From Lytechinus pictus (lineage: Eukaryota), in the NCBI RefSeq assembly GCF_037042905.1, contig NC_087251.1, forward strand, positions 31,126,001 through 31,190,000: a stretch of 64,000 nt of DNA, given 5' to 3'. Of the stretch, positions 1-12,272 are shown piece after piece. Under the pieces are notes generated by a model that was not told where the DNA came from, did no database searches, and saw only the letters and a list, made by a program, of their open reading frames with translations. Numbering within the stretch: position 1 is the stretch's first letter; each line of letters starts with the position of its first letter. The translations under genes and the position numbers were made by a program.

Positions 1-1480
1 ACGCTTCTGGATCCTTTTGATTGACTCTGATTGGATCACTGTCAAACTAGAATGCCAAACTGGACACGCATATTCAAGAATGGGTCGGACAAATCCAATG
101 TACACGTCACAAGATCGGCAGGGGGCAATCTAAACTCCTTCAGTCTCCGCAACATGTAAAGGCGAGAAGATGCTCTTGAAATCATCATACGAACATGGAT
201 TCCCCACTTTAGGTCACTCTGGATGGTAACTCCAAGTAGCTTAATTTCCATCACTTTCTTGAGGATTTCATTACACAATGTAAAATCCAATACAGGTAGA
301 GGGGATTTGCTGAAGTTCACTCTCATGATGTTGCATTTTTGCGGATTCAGACGAACATTGTTACTCTTACACCAACCTTCAAGATTAGTTAGAACAATTT
401 TCATTGAATCACCATGATTCAAATTACAAGTATCCACAGTCGCAATTGACATATCATCGACATATTTCCAATGCCTTGCTGAGGAATCACGCATGACATC
501 GTTGATAAGAACAAGAAAAAGAAGGGGACCCAGTCGGGTGCCCTGAGGGACCCCCGCAGTCAATGTCCTAGAAGATGAAAGAATTCCATGATAGCGCACC
601 TTACTCTCTCGAGCTACAAGGAAGTTACGTACATACCCATTCAACTTACCACGGTCGGACTTCCAGGGAGATCAGCTTGTTGATAAGAACAGTGTGATCT
701 ACACGGTCAAAAGCACGACTGAAGTCTGTTGACACAATTGATGTAATACTACAGGGTATTTCAGTACTTGCACAGAGACAGTTGTAGACATCAACCAGAC
801 ATTGCGTAGTAGAGCGATTTGCTCTTGCGCCAAACTGCTTGGGGTCGTATTTGCTTTCAATGTCAGATAACAGTTGGCGGTATATAAATGATTCAGCAAT
901 CTTAGAGAAATAATCCATTAATGAGATCGGCCTTTGCTTATCAATTGAGGTAGCGGATCTTTCCTTTGGGATGGGGACGATGATTGCTCTTTTCCACTGA
1001 GAAGGTACAATACCGGACTGGTATGGCGAATTGATAACTTCACTCAGCGGGGTTGCTAATTCAACAGAAAACTCCTTCAAGATGCGGGTAGGAATACCAT
1101 CAGAGCCACTTGACTTTCCTGGTTTGATTCGGTACAGTTCTTTGTAGACTTCATAAGGTTGTATTAAGACTAAAGTTCTTGGGCTTCTGAGCAGGAAGGA
1201 ATGCGGGCAGACTTTGTGAATCTAATTCAGGAATGTCACGACTGACGTTTGCAAACTGATCATTCACTGCATCAGCAATGGCCAACTCATCTAGATCTGG
1301 TGATTCAGGAATTGAGATGGTGCTTGATGTTTTGCATGAAGTCATGATTTTCAGGTGCTTTATATACCAACAAGACGGATTTTCACGTTTAAGTTTCATA
1401 ACTCGGTCCTTGTAGAAGTTTTCTTTGAGGTTAGCATTTTCACGTTGAACCTTGTTGCGCAAACGCTTCCATTCAACGAT
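1..1480 (-). mobile_element. Degraded non-LTR retrotransposon (LINE, CR1/L2-like) ORF2 fragment: linker, reverse transcriptase and C-terminal part, frameshifted
   Basis: ORFs 1151-1543, 646-1080 and 42-644 (-) carry consecutive LINE ORF2 motifs: WKRAIIVPIPK, RPISL, QFGAR, DFSRAFDRVDH, GVPQGTRLGPLLF, YVDD, KLLGVTIQSDLKW. Frame breaks near 645 and 1150. Confidence 0.92.
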
Positions 1481-1500
1481 ATTATGGAAGGGAGGAACCA

Positions 1501-1690
1501 TAATAATAATAATAAAAACGGTATATTTACCCAAGGTAGCCACTTCAGTTCCAAAAACTGTTCTTCCAGCGGGCCCTGCAATTATTATTACCCGGCTAAG
1601 CTAGGCTACCTATTCAGGTGCACACAGCTTTTTGAGGAATTACTTCCTGCCGGTACCCATTTATCTCACCTGGGTCGAGTGCAGCACACC
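1501..1690 (-). mobile_element. SINE-like or LINE 3'-end fragment with (TTA)n tail abutting the LINE
   Basis: (TAA)n run at 1501-1514, then sequence containing GGTACCCATTTATCTCACCTGGGT, which resembles marine-invertebrate SINE cores. The LINE-like reading frame ends here. Confidence 0.45.
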
Positions 1691-1913
1691 ATCCCTTTGT
1701 AATACATTATACACAAAAAGAAAATAGGAGCAAATTATGATAAAAACATATGTACATGTAATGCTTCCTTGGCTGTAATATCTCTTATCAGTATCCTTGT
1801 TTATTATGAATGGCTTGTGTACATGTATACATCTGAATCAAATGTCATGTACATGTACACATTTTATTGAGCACTTTTAGAAATGTACGTCCACATAGTG
1901 GACTGGTACGAGA

Positions 1914-2441
1914 TGACGTCATTTTTTGGCGTTCCATATGCCTCAGGTCCTCACACACGTCCACTATCAGAATCGAGAACCTCGCCACATCTATTTTGCG
2001 GTTCTCCTAAATCATAGTGTACGTGAGTGACGTCATTTTGACCGTTCAAGCCCAGCATGAAGATCACAGTTTACAGTGACTTTTCACAAAATTAATGTAA
2101 GTTGTACGATGCATTATGTTTATCATATTTGGAATTGCTTTCTGACCTCCAAAATTTATATCGATATATATCCTAACTCGAGTAAAAAGGAATCAAAGCA
2201 AGTGAAAGGGCACGTGTACACAAGTTGCACTTTCGCATCACCCGACCGGGTCGCCAGGCGATGGTACGCCAGATCTTCCGGGACGGGCAGCGTGTCATAA
2301 CCCACTGGTTATCGCGCTATTTCACGTGGACGAATGTACACGTACAAGTCGAGTGAAATCTAAAGTATTCGCAATTGTAGTGAACAAGGGCAGACGACGA
2401 CGTTGACTCAAACGATCAGAGGACTGCTACGTCGTTCACGT
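1914..2441. promoter_or_regulatory. CpG-rich cluster of HRE/E-box, CRE and AP-1 motifs
   Basis: TGACGTCA at 1914 and 2028; TACGTG at 2020 and, reversed, 2339; CACGTG at 2211 and 2323; CACGT at 1956 and 2437; GCGTG at 2290; TGACTCA at 2404. Confidence 0.55.
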
Positions 2442-2468
2442 TCACTGCTCCTAAAAGTCTCTATTATC

Positions 2469-2494
2469 ATGCACTGGAGAACATACACTGTACG
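2469..2494 (+). CDS. HIF1A: Candidate first coding exon of HIF-alpha (MHWRTYTV-R)
   Basis: ATG at 2469 and CG|GTACTT donor at 2494/2495 in phase 2, joining in frame to the exon at 3599 ([11 protein letters not shown]). The donor is weak. Confidence 0.3.
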
Positions 2495-2859
2495 GTACTT
2501 CCCATGGATGCATAGTCCTACATGTATCCTCTTGATATGTTGATGTGGAAAAACTTTACACTGGTTATTATTTTCAGATTTGTTTGTGTCAATTCTTTTT
2601 TAAAAATGTAATACTTGACTGTATACAGATTGCAGATCCTGAATGTACATGATGCATATTCATGGTTTTGGAGAATGGGGGAGTCTAAAATGTGCTATAT
2701 TTCCAACATCATAATCAAATTTCCTTTATAAAACATGTACAGTACCAGTGTCCGGGTGAATATTATATCATTTCCTTATTTTGCAGAGTACACTCAACCC
2801 TGTTTTTCTATAGATTGAGAAATCAACTCTTCAAATCCTATTACTCGCATCAGAAAAGT

Positions 2860-3015
2860 TTTATTTATTTATTTATTCATTTATTTGTTTGTTTATTTAT
2901 TCATTTATTTATTTATGTATTTATTTATGTATGAATGAATTTATTTATTTATTTTATCCATCCATCCATCCTTTCATTCATTCATTTATTCATTCATTCA
3001 TTCATCTATTTATGT
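2860..3015. repeat. Compound tetranucleotide microsatellite (TTTA/TTCA/CCAT)n
   Basis: Direct reading of the sequence. Confidence 0.85.
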
Positions 3016-3598
3016 ATAAAGTGTGCCTTCAGTGTGAAGGCACACTACTACAACACCTCATAGACCACCTACATGTACATTACATGTAAAGTGAAATAGA
3101 AATAAAGAGAGTTGTACCAGTGGATTCAAATCAATATGATAACATATTAAATTTGATGAAGTTTATATATTTTGCACTTTAAAATAATGCAATTTTGACT
3201 AGAAGCAAAGAAAAACAATTTTAAAGGAGTTTTGCGGTAGTCTTACATCATACATGTACATGTAGATCCATCAATAAGACATGAGTAACAAGTATTTCTG
3301 GTTATATCGTGGTCACTCACTGGGTCACAAGCCTACATGTACATGTGTTTTGTTACGGAAGTCATAAAAATCATCCGCTTCAGTGTGAATGGATACGTGT
3401 ACATGAAATTTATTCCGGGACCGTGCCGAGGTATACATTATGCACTTTATACTGTGAACGCATTTATAGCTGATTTGCCATCCCGCAACAGACCCAAGAT
3501 AAATTTGAAAGCCACCATGAATGTGGTATTTGTATGTCGAATTGTTGATGTTCTTTTAACTACCGTTTTAATGAAAATTTTTGCTGATCTTTCTTTAG

Positions 3599-3786
3599 AA
3601 ACTCTGAGAAGAGGAAAGAGAAATCGAGAAATGCAGCTCGGTCGCGAAGAGGGAAAGAGACTGAAATATTTTACGAGTTGGCCCACACTCTACCTCTTCA
3701 ACACAATGCCTGTGCTCAGCTAGATAAAGCAGGCATCATGAGGCTTATACTGAGCTATCTCAAGATTGGAAAAGTGCTTCCCAAAG
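3599..3786 (+). CDS. HIF1A: HIF-alpha exon 2, bHLH
   Basis: TTTAG acceptor; [69 protein letters not shown] donor. Confidence 0.97.
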
Positions 3787-4972
3787 GTAAGAAAGGAATA
3801 ACCAGAAATTGTGTTGTAATTTTAATACTAAGCATCTCCAATTGCAAGTTTGGTTTTAGTGTTGATTCTTAGAGGGTGAACAAGCCCTGGTCACTTTAAT
3901 AGCCACTGACATCAACCCATGACCACCATCCTCTTCTTAGTTTGATCATAGAGCTATTAGCTCTATGGATTGATGCTGTGGTTGGTGTAAAAATAGGCCA
4001 AACACCAATACCAGCATTTCTGATCCATGCCTACATAGACAAAATGTACATAGGCCTACAATCCGTACAGTACTTGTACCTGTAGGCGAATTTCATTGAC
4101 ATTGTGATTATGTTTCAGTGAACTCATGAGCAACAGGAAAGTAATTTCAGATTTGAAAAGATATCCAATAAATGTTTATTACATGTACAATCAACAGCAT
4201 TAATAGTATTTTTCTTCCTGCTGAACCACATTGTTCCATCTCTATTCCAGACTGTACTGTATGTTGTACATTTATAGTTCAAGAGCGATCCCACCAACCG
4301 TGCTCATGTTATCAATAGCAATGCATGGTATGCTCTTGCGGGCTTGAGAGATGACATTAATGTATCGGTAGATCCTTTTAAAAATAACTGACATAATAGA
4401 TTTTACAGGGTACATGTAGAATGGTAGACATGATTACTTGCACTGTTAACAAGAGCCAGCACTCATTCATTATCTTGTGTGGGATTGTTTACAAGGCTGC
4501 GTAAGAAGTACATGTACATGAGGGCAACGGATGACTTTGCCCCCATGACAGCCAAAATTGCCCCTAAAATTTGTAAAATGGAATGCTGTTGGGCGACCAT
4601 GTTTTCTAAAGTTGCCGCAAGATCTGCCCCAAACAATATTTAAGAATATGTGGAAACTCAATATTCCTCATTTACATACTGTACAGCAGGATCAGATACA
4701 TTTACATTTAGATACATTTAGTCCTTGAAATGAAATAAGAGACCCCCAAATTCAGCAAGTGCCCAAATGTGGCAAAAATAGCCTTTGAAAATAAACATTA
4801 TTTCCTACCCTGTCACATGGACATTTGAATGCACAGAACTGTACGTATACATGTAGAGTGGAAAATTATTATTTCATATTAGTCCCAATATTCATTTTTA
4901 ATTTAATTAATCTATTATTTGTGTTATTGCTGAATATTGTTTGTTCATTTTAACATTTGTATTTTGCTTCAG

Positions 4973-5136
4973 AAATCAAGGTGGAGGAGAGAGAAGAAAG
5001 TAAATCCATGGCGATAGAACAGATTGTTGATTCTCACTACCAGAAAGCTCTAGATGGATTTTTATTAGTCTTATCACAAGAAGGCGATATGATCTATATT
5101 TCAGAAAATGTCTCAAAACACATCGGCATCAATCAG
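4973..5136 (+). CDS. HIF1A: HIF-alpha exon 3, start of PAS-A
   Basis: TTCAG acceptor; ...[42 protein letters not shown] donor. Confidence 0.96.
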
Positions 5137-5379
5137 GTAACATATTGTTCTTTTTTAATCATAAAATCAGATCGATATATGAAAATACAGATGTAAGAAA
5201 TGGGAGAGTGATTGACAAAATTGATAAATGTTTTATTTACGAATTATATTATGGCTGATGGTTTCTTCCCTCTGTGACTGAAAGGTATGAAGGATATTCT
5301 CTGCTCTTGCCCTATCTTAATATAAAGAGTTTCGATCTAGATCCAACCAATATGGAAAACCAGCAACTCCTCTGATACA

Positions 5380-6036
5380 CTGTTGAGGCCAAAAGTTTAC
5401 ATACACTCTCCACCCATGGAATTCAGTGAAATTTGTTCACCTGCCAAACATCATAAAATTTACTGTATCTGTAGAAAAATAAATACTACCACATCAAATT
5501 TGGTATTATATGAAAAAGCGTATTAAGTTCTTTCACATGATTGGGATGCCGTTGGTATAAAGGTATATTTCAGATGGAATTTTCTATGAAGAAAAATTGA
5601 ATATTCGTGCCAAATGTATTCTATTGTTTATTATATTTTAAAACATTGTTTCATAAAAATATATGAATGTCAAATTTATGATTTGTATTACATTTTCTAT
5701 CATGCTATGTCACCACTGAACAAAATTTTAATCTGAAATGTTTGTGTTGAGAAGTAACTGGCACAAATATGAAATGTCTTTGTCTAGTTTTTATTTTTAA
5801 TTTGTCAAGAATATATGAAGATTTTGGGGAAAAAATGACACCTAAATATTTTTCATCTCCTAAAGACAAAGCAATGTGATGAAGGGGCAAGACATACATG
5901 TACATGTACTCATTTGTCATCAATTTAGTCGTGATAGCACAAATATTTTATGAGATACAGTAAATTTTATGATGTTTGGGGAGTGTCAACTTTTCTTTGA
6001 ATTTCCTGGATGTATGTAAACTTCTGGCCTCAACTG
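5380..6036. mobile_element. Tc1/mariner-type MITE
   Basis: Terminal inverted repeats CTGTTGAGGCCAAAAGTTTACATACA / TGTATGTAAACTTCTGGCCTCAACTG; no transposase ORF. Confidence 0.75.
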
Positions 6037-6108
6037 TGTTCCTGCAAGCATCAGTGTCTTAAGAAATCAATGTGCTTCTTCTAAAAGTAAATTGTGTAGT
6101 GTTCTTAA

Positions 6109-6360
6109 AGGTCAAGTCCACCCCAGAAGAAAGTTGATTTGAAAAAAAAAGAGAAAAATCAAAGAAGCAAAACACTGAAAATTTCATCAAAATTGGATGT
6201 GAAATAAGAAAGTTATGACATGTTAAGTTTCGCTTATTTTTCACAAAACAGTTATAAGCACAACTCAGTGATATGCAATTGAGAGAGTCGCTGATGTCCC
6301 ACACTCACTATTTCTTTTGTTTTTTATTGTTTTAATTATACAATATTTCAAATTTTTTTC
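6109..6360. mobile_element. Truncated TTAA-flanked MITE (Kolobok-like family)
   Basis: TTAA-AGGTCAAGTCCACCCCAGAA start. Same family as copies at about 10100-10318, 50045-50540, 54491-55063 and 58760-59216. Confidence 0.6.
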
Positions 6361-6980
6361 AATCCTGGGACCCGTAACACAAAGCTTAGCAATCATAAAA
6401 ACAATATACTAAAATGTACAATCAATCTAATATCTTTAATATCAAGAGTACGTTTAATCACTAATCTTTGTGTCATGGGACCCTGATGTTTTTTGTACAA
6501 TATACACATGTGTTAAAGAAGAAGGCAAAATATTATTAATTTTTTTATCAGTAGGCCTACCCATCTAAAGGATATAAAGTCCACCATTTTATTTCTCTTT
6601 GTGCCACCAAATAAAGTCCAAGGTATCAAAGGTCAAATTATTTGTTGATTAATGTACTTTGTTCAGTGTGTAGTTTTACAATTGGTGCCTAGTTCAAGTA
6701 CTTTAAACTGCCTATTTGTGAACGTCATGGAGAGTTTATCCATGTATGTATGTCATTCAATTTTGAATACCCGGTAATTTAAATTTATGATTGCTGAATC
6801 ATCATGAATGCATACTCTTGTATTACGGTAATGTTAAGTATTGGGTTCCTTGTATTGACACAAGAGTTCAGGGGGAAATACCTTATGATAAATTTTTACC
6901 CAAATTTCCTATTATTTTCCTTATTTTTACCCAAATTTCCTATTATTTTCCCTGTACTTTGTTTGGTTCTTACACATACA

Positions 6981-7807
6981 TAGTGCCCAAAGTTTTCTGC
7001 TTTCTAGACCTGAAATTCTGCTTTCTTCTGCTTTACAAACCTCAAATTCTGCTTTCTTCTGCTTTCTAAATTTCTTCACTTTGAAATTCTTCGAAAGCTC
7101 AGAAAAGACACTTTTAAAATTTTGAATGAGTAAAAACTGTAAAAATTCTTACCTGACTTCCCTTCCTACGTACTCCAAAGCATGGGCGAATTCGAATAAC
7201 TAAAGTCAGATGCGCATGCAAGCAGAACGATCAAAACAACAACAGTGCTCGTCACAGTACATACATGTGCATATTGCATGAATGAACATGCATACCAACG
7301 AACGTAGAGGGCAGCAACACACTTCAGACTTCAGTGTTTTTGCTGCCCTCTACGTTCGTTGATGCATACATGCTACTAGTACGGTACGGGCGGGGCGACC
7401 AAGCGTTCCATCACCGTAGTAACGTGATGTGCACGTGAATATTGCTTTCGCTGTGCATGAAAATTTCCAGAACGAATCGCGCACAAAGGCTGCTGGGATA
7501 GCTGCATTGCGTAAGTAGCTACGTAGTTTTGTACTTATAAATTTATTGTGGGTCAAATCTGGTAAGGTTTGCGATCGCGATCGGTAGGCTTGTTTCACAG
7601 AGCTTAATTTGTGCAATTTCTAGACTGGATTTTATAGACTGTATTATCAATAAGGATGCTTTTCGAACCAATTTTTTTATACTTTAAGTTTAAAACTAAG
7701 ATTTCTCACCGAATTCACTGTTTTTTTCAAAACTGTGTTTTCCGCTTTCTACCCCGGTTTCCGCGATTTCCGCGGAAGATCCGCAAAGCGGAAAACTTAG
7801 GGCACTA
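6981..7807. mobile_element. hAT-type non-autonomous element with 8-bp TSD
   Basis: TIR TAGTGCCCAAAGTTTTCTGC / GCGGAAAACTTAGGGCACTA; perfect TSD CACATACA at 6973-6980 and 7808-7815. Confidence 0.85.
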
Positions 7808-8164
7808 CACATACACGTTTGAAGAAGTACATGTTTTTTAATTTGCATATCTCCACATTTAGATGCAATTAACATGCATGAAAGTTCAAACATAATTTCA
7901 TACTGGCAATGCTAAATTCAATATGGAAAGGTCCATTGTCATGGTCATTGGTCATTATATTAGACATGACAAGACATTTTCATCTATGTCAGAAAAGATT
8001 GAATTAAATAATATAGGCAGAATAAGTAAATATTTATGTATGAAGAGTTTTTTTCTCACTTCTTGTATTCACAATCAACACTTACTAATGAAAAGGAAAC
8101 ATTTTTTTAAATACTAAGAACAATTATACCGTAATCAAGATCACTGACTATTCTTTCAACAAAG

Positions 8165-8374
8165 GTGGACCTAATGGGCCAGAGCATCTATGACTACGCT
8201 CACCCATGCGACCACGATGAGATCCGAGAACAGTTGTCTGACCGGCCAGGCCTGACGCTGACCACCCTCCCCTCAATAACGTCCAAGCGTAAACATCACA
8301 GTTTCCTTATGAGGGTCAAGTGTACACTAACACCCAAGGGAAAGATTGTCAACCTTAAAGCAGCCTCATATAAG
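8165..8374 (+). CDS. HIF1A: HIF-alpha exon 4, PAS-A
   Basis: VDLMGQSIYDYAHPCDHDEIREQL...SFLMRVKCTLTPKGKIVNLKAASYK; AAG|GTAAGG donor. Confidence 0.97.
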
Positions 8375-8861
8375 GTAAGGCCAGGCAAGGTATTGATCAT
8401 TGTTAGTGATCTGCACAGTATTGGATTTGGTTTATGAATAATTTATTGTAGCAGTGATTCACGATGCTACAATTCATTTTTTTTTCATGAATATCAGAAA
8501 AAGGCAAGTCAAGATTTATTGTTTGTGAATTAATTTCTAATTCATATTTATAGTCATAATTCAATTTCAATCATATTTTCCTATTGAAGATATGAATATT
8601 AAACTGAAACAACTAATGTCACTTGTAAGAAAGAGATAATTTCTAATCATGTTTTACATATGTTGTCAAATAAGATGAATATTACAAATAATGTTAACTC
8701 TTGTTGTTTAAAATATCTTAATACTTTTAATTCATGACTGAACAAACTTGATAGATTGTTAATTTTGAATTTGATTAAGTAGAACAATATGATCCATTTG
8801 AAAGAAAAGAAAAGAAAGTGGTTCATTTTTGGATAACCCTTCACCATATGATCTCTTTGTG

Positions 8862-9063
8862 TGTTTTTTTTATAGTTTTTTTTTATGGAGTTTTTACAGA
8901 CATGGGTCAGTCAGACAAAGGCCTAATTATTTACATCTGGAACTGACCTTTAACACCACCATCCGAAAGACTTGACCCAGGTCTCGAACCTGACACCTCT
9001 GCACCATTCCTTACTTTCCTTATGTTCATGTAGCGTGGATTATGGACACACACCACGACTCCC
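8862..9063 (-). mobile_element. tRNA-derived SINE
   Basis: Minus strand has an A-box-like start (GGGAGTCGTGGTG), B-box GGTTCGAGACC (8980-8990) and an A-rich tail at about 8862-8886. Confidence 0.6.
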
Positions 9064-9144
9064 AATTTCATCTCGTCCATAACAGTCGTTCTTTAATGAT
9101 ACAGATCCTGCTGTAATGTTCCCTTCTCGGTTTTGCTCCTGCAG

Positions 9145-9341
9145 GCGGTACATTGTCAAGGTCACATGAAACTGGCCCTATCTGATACATCGGTACTGGG
9201 GTACAGGATGCCCCCTTCCCCCTGCCTTGTACTCATCGCTAGCCCCATACCACACCCCTCCAACATTGAGGTACCCCTGGACTGCAGTGCATTTCTTACA
9301 AGGCACAGCATGGACATGAAGTTTACATACTGTGATGAAAG
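9145..9341 (+). CDS. HIF1A: HIF-alpha exon 5, PAS-A end and PAS-B start
   Basis: AVHCQGH...[48 protein letters not shown] donor. Confidence 0.97.
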
Positions 9342-9429
9342 GTTAGTAATCCAGGGCTGGATAGGAACAGGTGCCCTTGATACCTGGCTCTGAAATATCA
9401 AGAAAAGAATCACGATTGTAGGGCCTTTA

Positions 9430-10178
9430 GTGTGATTGGAAGTGTTTGGCTAGTATAGGAATTCTGAATAAAATCAAATACATTTCACTGTTAAATTTCT
9501 ATTAAAAAAAAAATCAATGTTCATCCTAAACGGCTGGTTTTATATATTTTTAATCCACCAATGGTATTTTCTTGTGACCTTTGTGTGCACTGAACAAACG
9601 ACTCATGATATACTATATCATTTAGTTTTTGGACTGGGATCAAAATATCTTATGAGAAATAAACATTTCCCAAAGAAGATTTTTGTGGGCAACCTAAATG
9701 TCTACTCTTCATAAGTCAAGAATTCCTGAATTGGTCCTTATACAAACAGTAATTTTGATACCGAACAAAGAGTCTTGATTTCCTTTTATGAAGGAGGGGG
9801 GTCAGTTTTCAGCGTATTGGTTAACTCAAATGAGAAAACAATGTTACAGATGTATAACTTTTACAAGGATGTTAACCAGCATGTTACATCAAACATGTTA
9901 ATTCATAAGGGCAGTTCAAGAAATAAATCAAACTAAGTCAAATCCTAAAATTTATTCTTAAAATTTATAGAAATTAAAGCAGAACAATGGCAAATCAATC
10001 TTTTGCGTATTCATACTTGGAAAATAGGCATTGAGATGATTGAAATAGAGTACAAATTAATTAACTTTTATTTGATCAAGTACTTGATGGAAGTATCTTA
10101 AAGGACAAGTCCACCCTAACATAAAGTTAGGGTTAGTTAAGTTAAGTTTTTAAAAGTTGGTTAAGTTTTTTCACAAAC
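9430..10178 (+). repeat. Segment A (749 bp), source of duplicate at 12273-13021
   Basis: Reads identical by eye; ORFs 9517 and 12360 have identical translations. Confidence 0.95.
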
Positions 10179-10359
10179 TGTTTTGTGAAAATTAAGCAAA
10201 GCTTTAAAATATAACTTTCTTATTTTACATCAGATTTTGATGAAATTTTCAGCATTATGCTAGTTTGATTTTTCTCTATTTATTCAAATCAACATTTTTC
10301 TGGGGTGGATTTGACCTTTTATAATGTTGAACTTGTTTATGGTTTGATTTATTGACCAG

Positions 10360-10466
10360 GATTGAGCAACTGATGGGCTACATACCCACTGAACTGGTTG
10401 GCAAATCATTCTATATCTACTACCATGCTCTGGATGGTCAACTCATTGATAAGAGCTATAAAGACC
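10360..10466 (+). CDS. HIF1A: HIF-alpha exon 6, PAS-B
   Basis: CCAG acceptor; IEQLMGYIPTELVGKSFYIYYHALDGQLIDKSYKD; C|GTAAGT donor. Not in the ORF track. Confidence 0.96.
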
Positions 10467-11676
10467 GTAAGTAACTCTCTTCATAATCATTTTGGTTACT
10501 TTGTATGTAGGGCATGACATCAAAGTTTGGGAACGTTATTAGCTCACTATTTCATTGATAAGGAAATATTTTCAGATTTCATTTTGCTGGCTTCAGATTT
10601 TATAATTAATTAAAAAATTAATAGAAAAATCATAATCTTTATTTAGATTTTTTTTCTTTCAATGATTTCTGTTTTCTTTGTTTCATTCAAAATAGTGGAG
10701 TATAATTTAAGATACTTCCCTTCAGATTTATTATTACTTCACATGAGGTTAAGGTCCAGAATTGGGCTGTGCTGGAGCCAATAAAAATAAAAACCTAGTG
10801 CTAACTATGATCATACAAATCAAGTTAGCAGTAGCACTACTTTACTTTCATTTTTGTCAAAATAAAATTTCAGTATAAAAAAAACCCACAAATAAATCAG
10901 TGCTTGTGAACTGAGCTATGTGTAGGGATCGAGACATGGGAATGTTGTACACTGTTTTGCATGAATATTCTAAGTATTCAAACTCTGACCTCCTAGTTGA
11001 CCATCAGATGACTTAGATGACATTTCCAGAGCATTAAAGAGTAATTGGTCCAATACTGACGTAGTTGTGTACTGTTGGCATCCAAAATATTTTTTTAAAG
11101 ACAAGTTGGTGAATGATCAGTGTACTTGATAGAATTTGATTTATGGGTTGATATATATTACCGGGAGTTTTCTGTGGTACGTACCAGGAAGTCTAAAGCA
11201 TACAGTAGGTCCCATAAAAAAAGGGATTTCCAGTCTTGTTTTCCAATTTGTGGTATTTTATAAATACACATCATCATAAAAATTGGTCAACATTTGTTGA
11301 AGGTACAATTACCTTGCATAAGAATTAGCGATGGCTCATCAGCATTTCTTTTGTATTCTTTGAAAAGCTTGTTCAATTAATTTCCAAATGAGAGTGGATT
11401 CAGATTTCTGTCAAATGGTAATGCAGGTGTCCCAAGGCAATCTCAGCGAGGACGGTAACCTTGCATAGAGCAAAAGGGCAAAAGCTTGCTTGATCTTGGT
11501 CTCATTCTGATGACCTGCCTCAATATTTATCATTTGTTATCTTTACTTTGTCAAAGATTCCCTACATCTCAACTCTCTAATCATTCTGTTAAGATTTCTT
11601 TCCTTTTTTGCGAGATGTCTTGTATTACTAGTGAAAAATAATTTATTCACTGATATTATCTGTCATTTTTCCCCAG

Positions 11677-11824
11677 TGTATGCTAAGGGTCAGACATCAA
11701 CCGGCAGATACAGATTCTTGGCAAAGAACGGGGGTTACATGTGGCTCGAAACACAAGCTACTATCATCTATAATAACAAGACCAACAAACCACAGTGCAT
11801 TGTGTGTGTCAACTATGCCATCAG
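11677..11824 (+). CDS. HIF1A: HIF-alpha exon 7, PAS-B/PAC
   Basis: [57 protein letters not shown] donor. Confidence 0.97.
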
Positions 11825-12272
11825 GTAAGTCTGTATGAACTGTGTTTACTTTGGACCCAGTTACACTATTAAAATCCATTGATTGTAACTTTTCTATCAA
11901 TGATACCTTCCAAGAAGTCTTTGATATTTTGTAGACTGTCTTGTGTGGCCTTCATGGTAGTTCCAAAGCAACTTTCATGGTAATTTTTGGTATCTCCCCT
12001 GAAATCCTTGATTCTGATTGGCTGTTGAGTATTGTTACCATCATGGTAGTTACAACTGGATGGCAAAGTTACCGTAATAGTAACTTTTATGCAGTGGGGC
12101 CCAGCAGAAGAAGGGCAATTCCATAAAATATGTTCGTCCGACCCCCTTTATGTGGGACCTTCATGAAATTTTTGTCACCGATGTCTGGTTCTTTTGACAG
12201 TCTGTAATGCCCTCAATGACCATGACTTGGTCAGTTTAAGAAGTGAAGCAAGACTTGAGAAAAATGAAGGTC

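Noticed and set aside
8980..9063. tRNA gene
   Set aside because: A/B-box-like motifs are present, but no cloverleaf is evident and a SINE-like body and A-rich tail follow.
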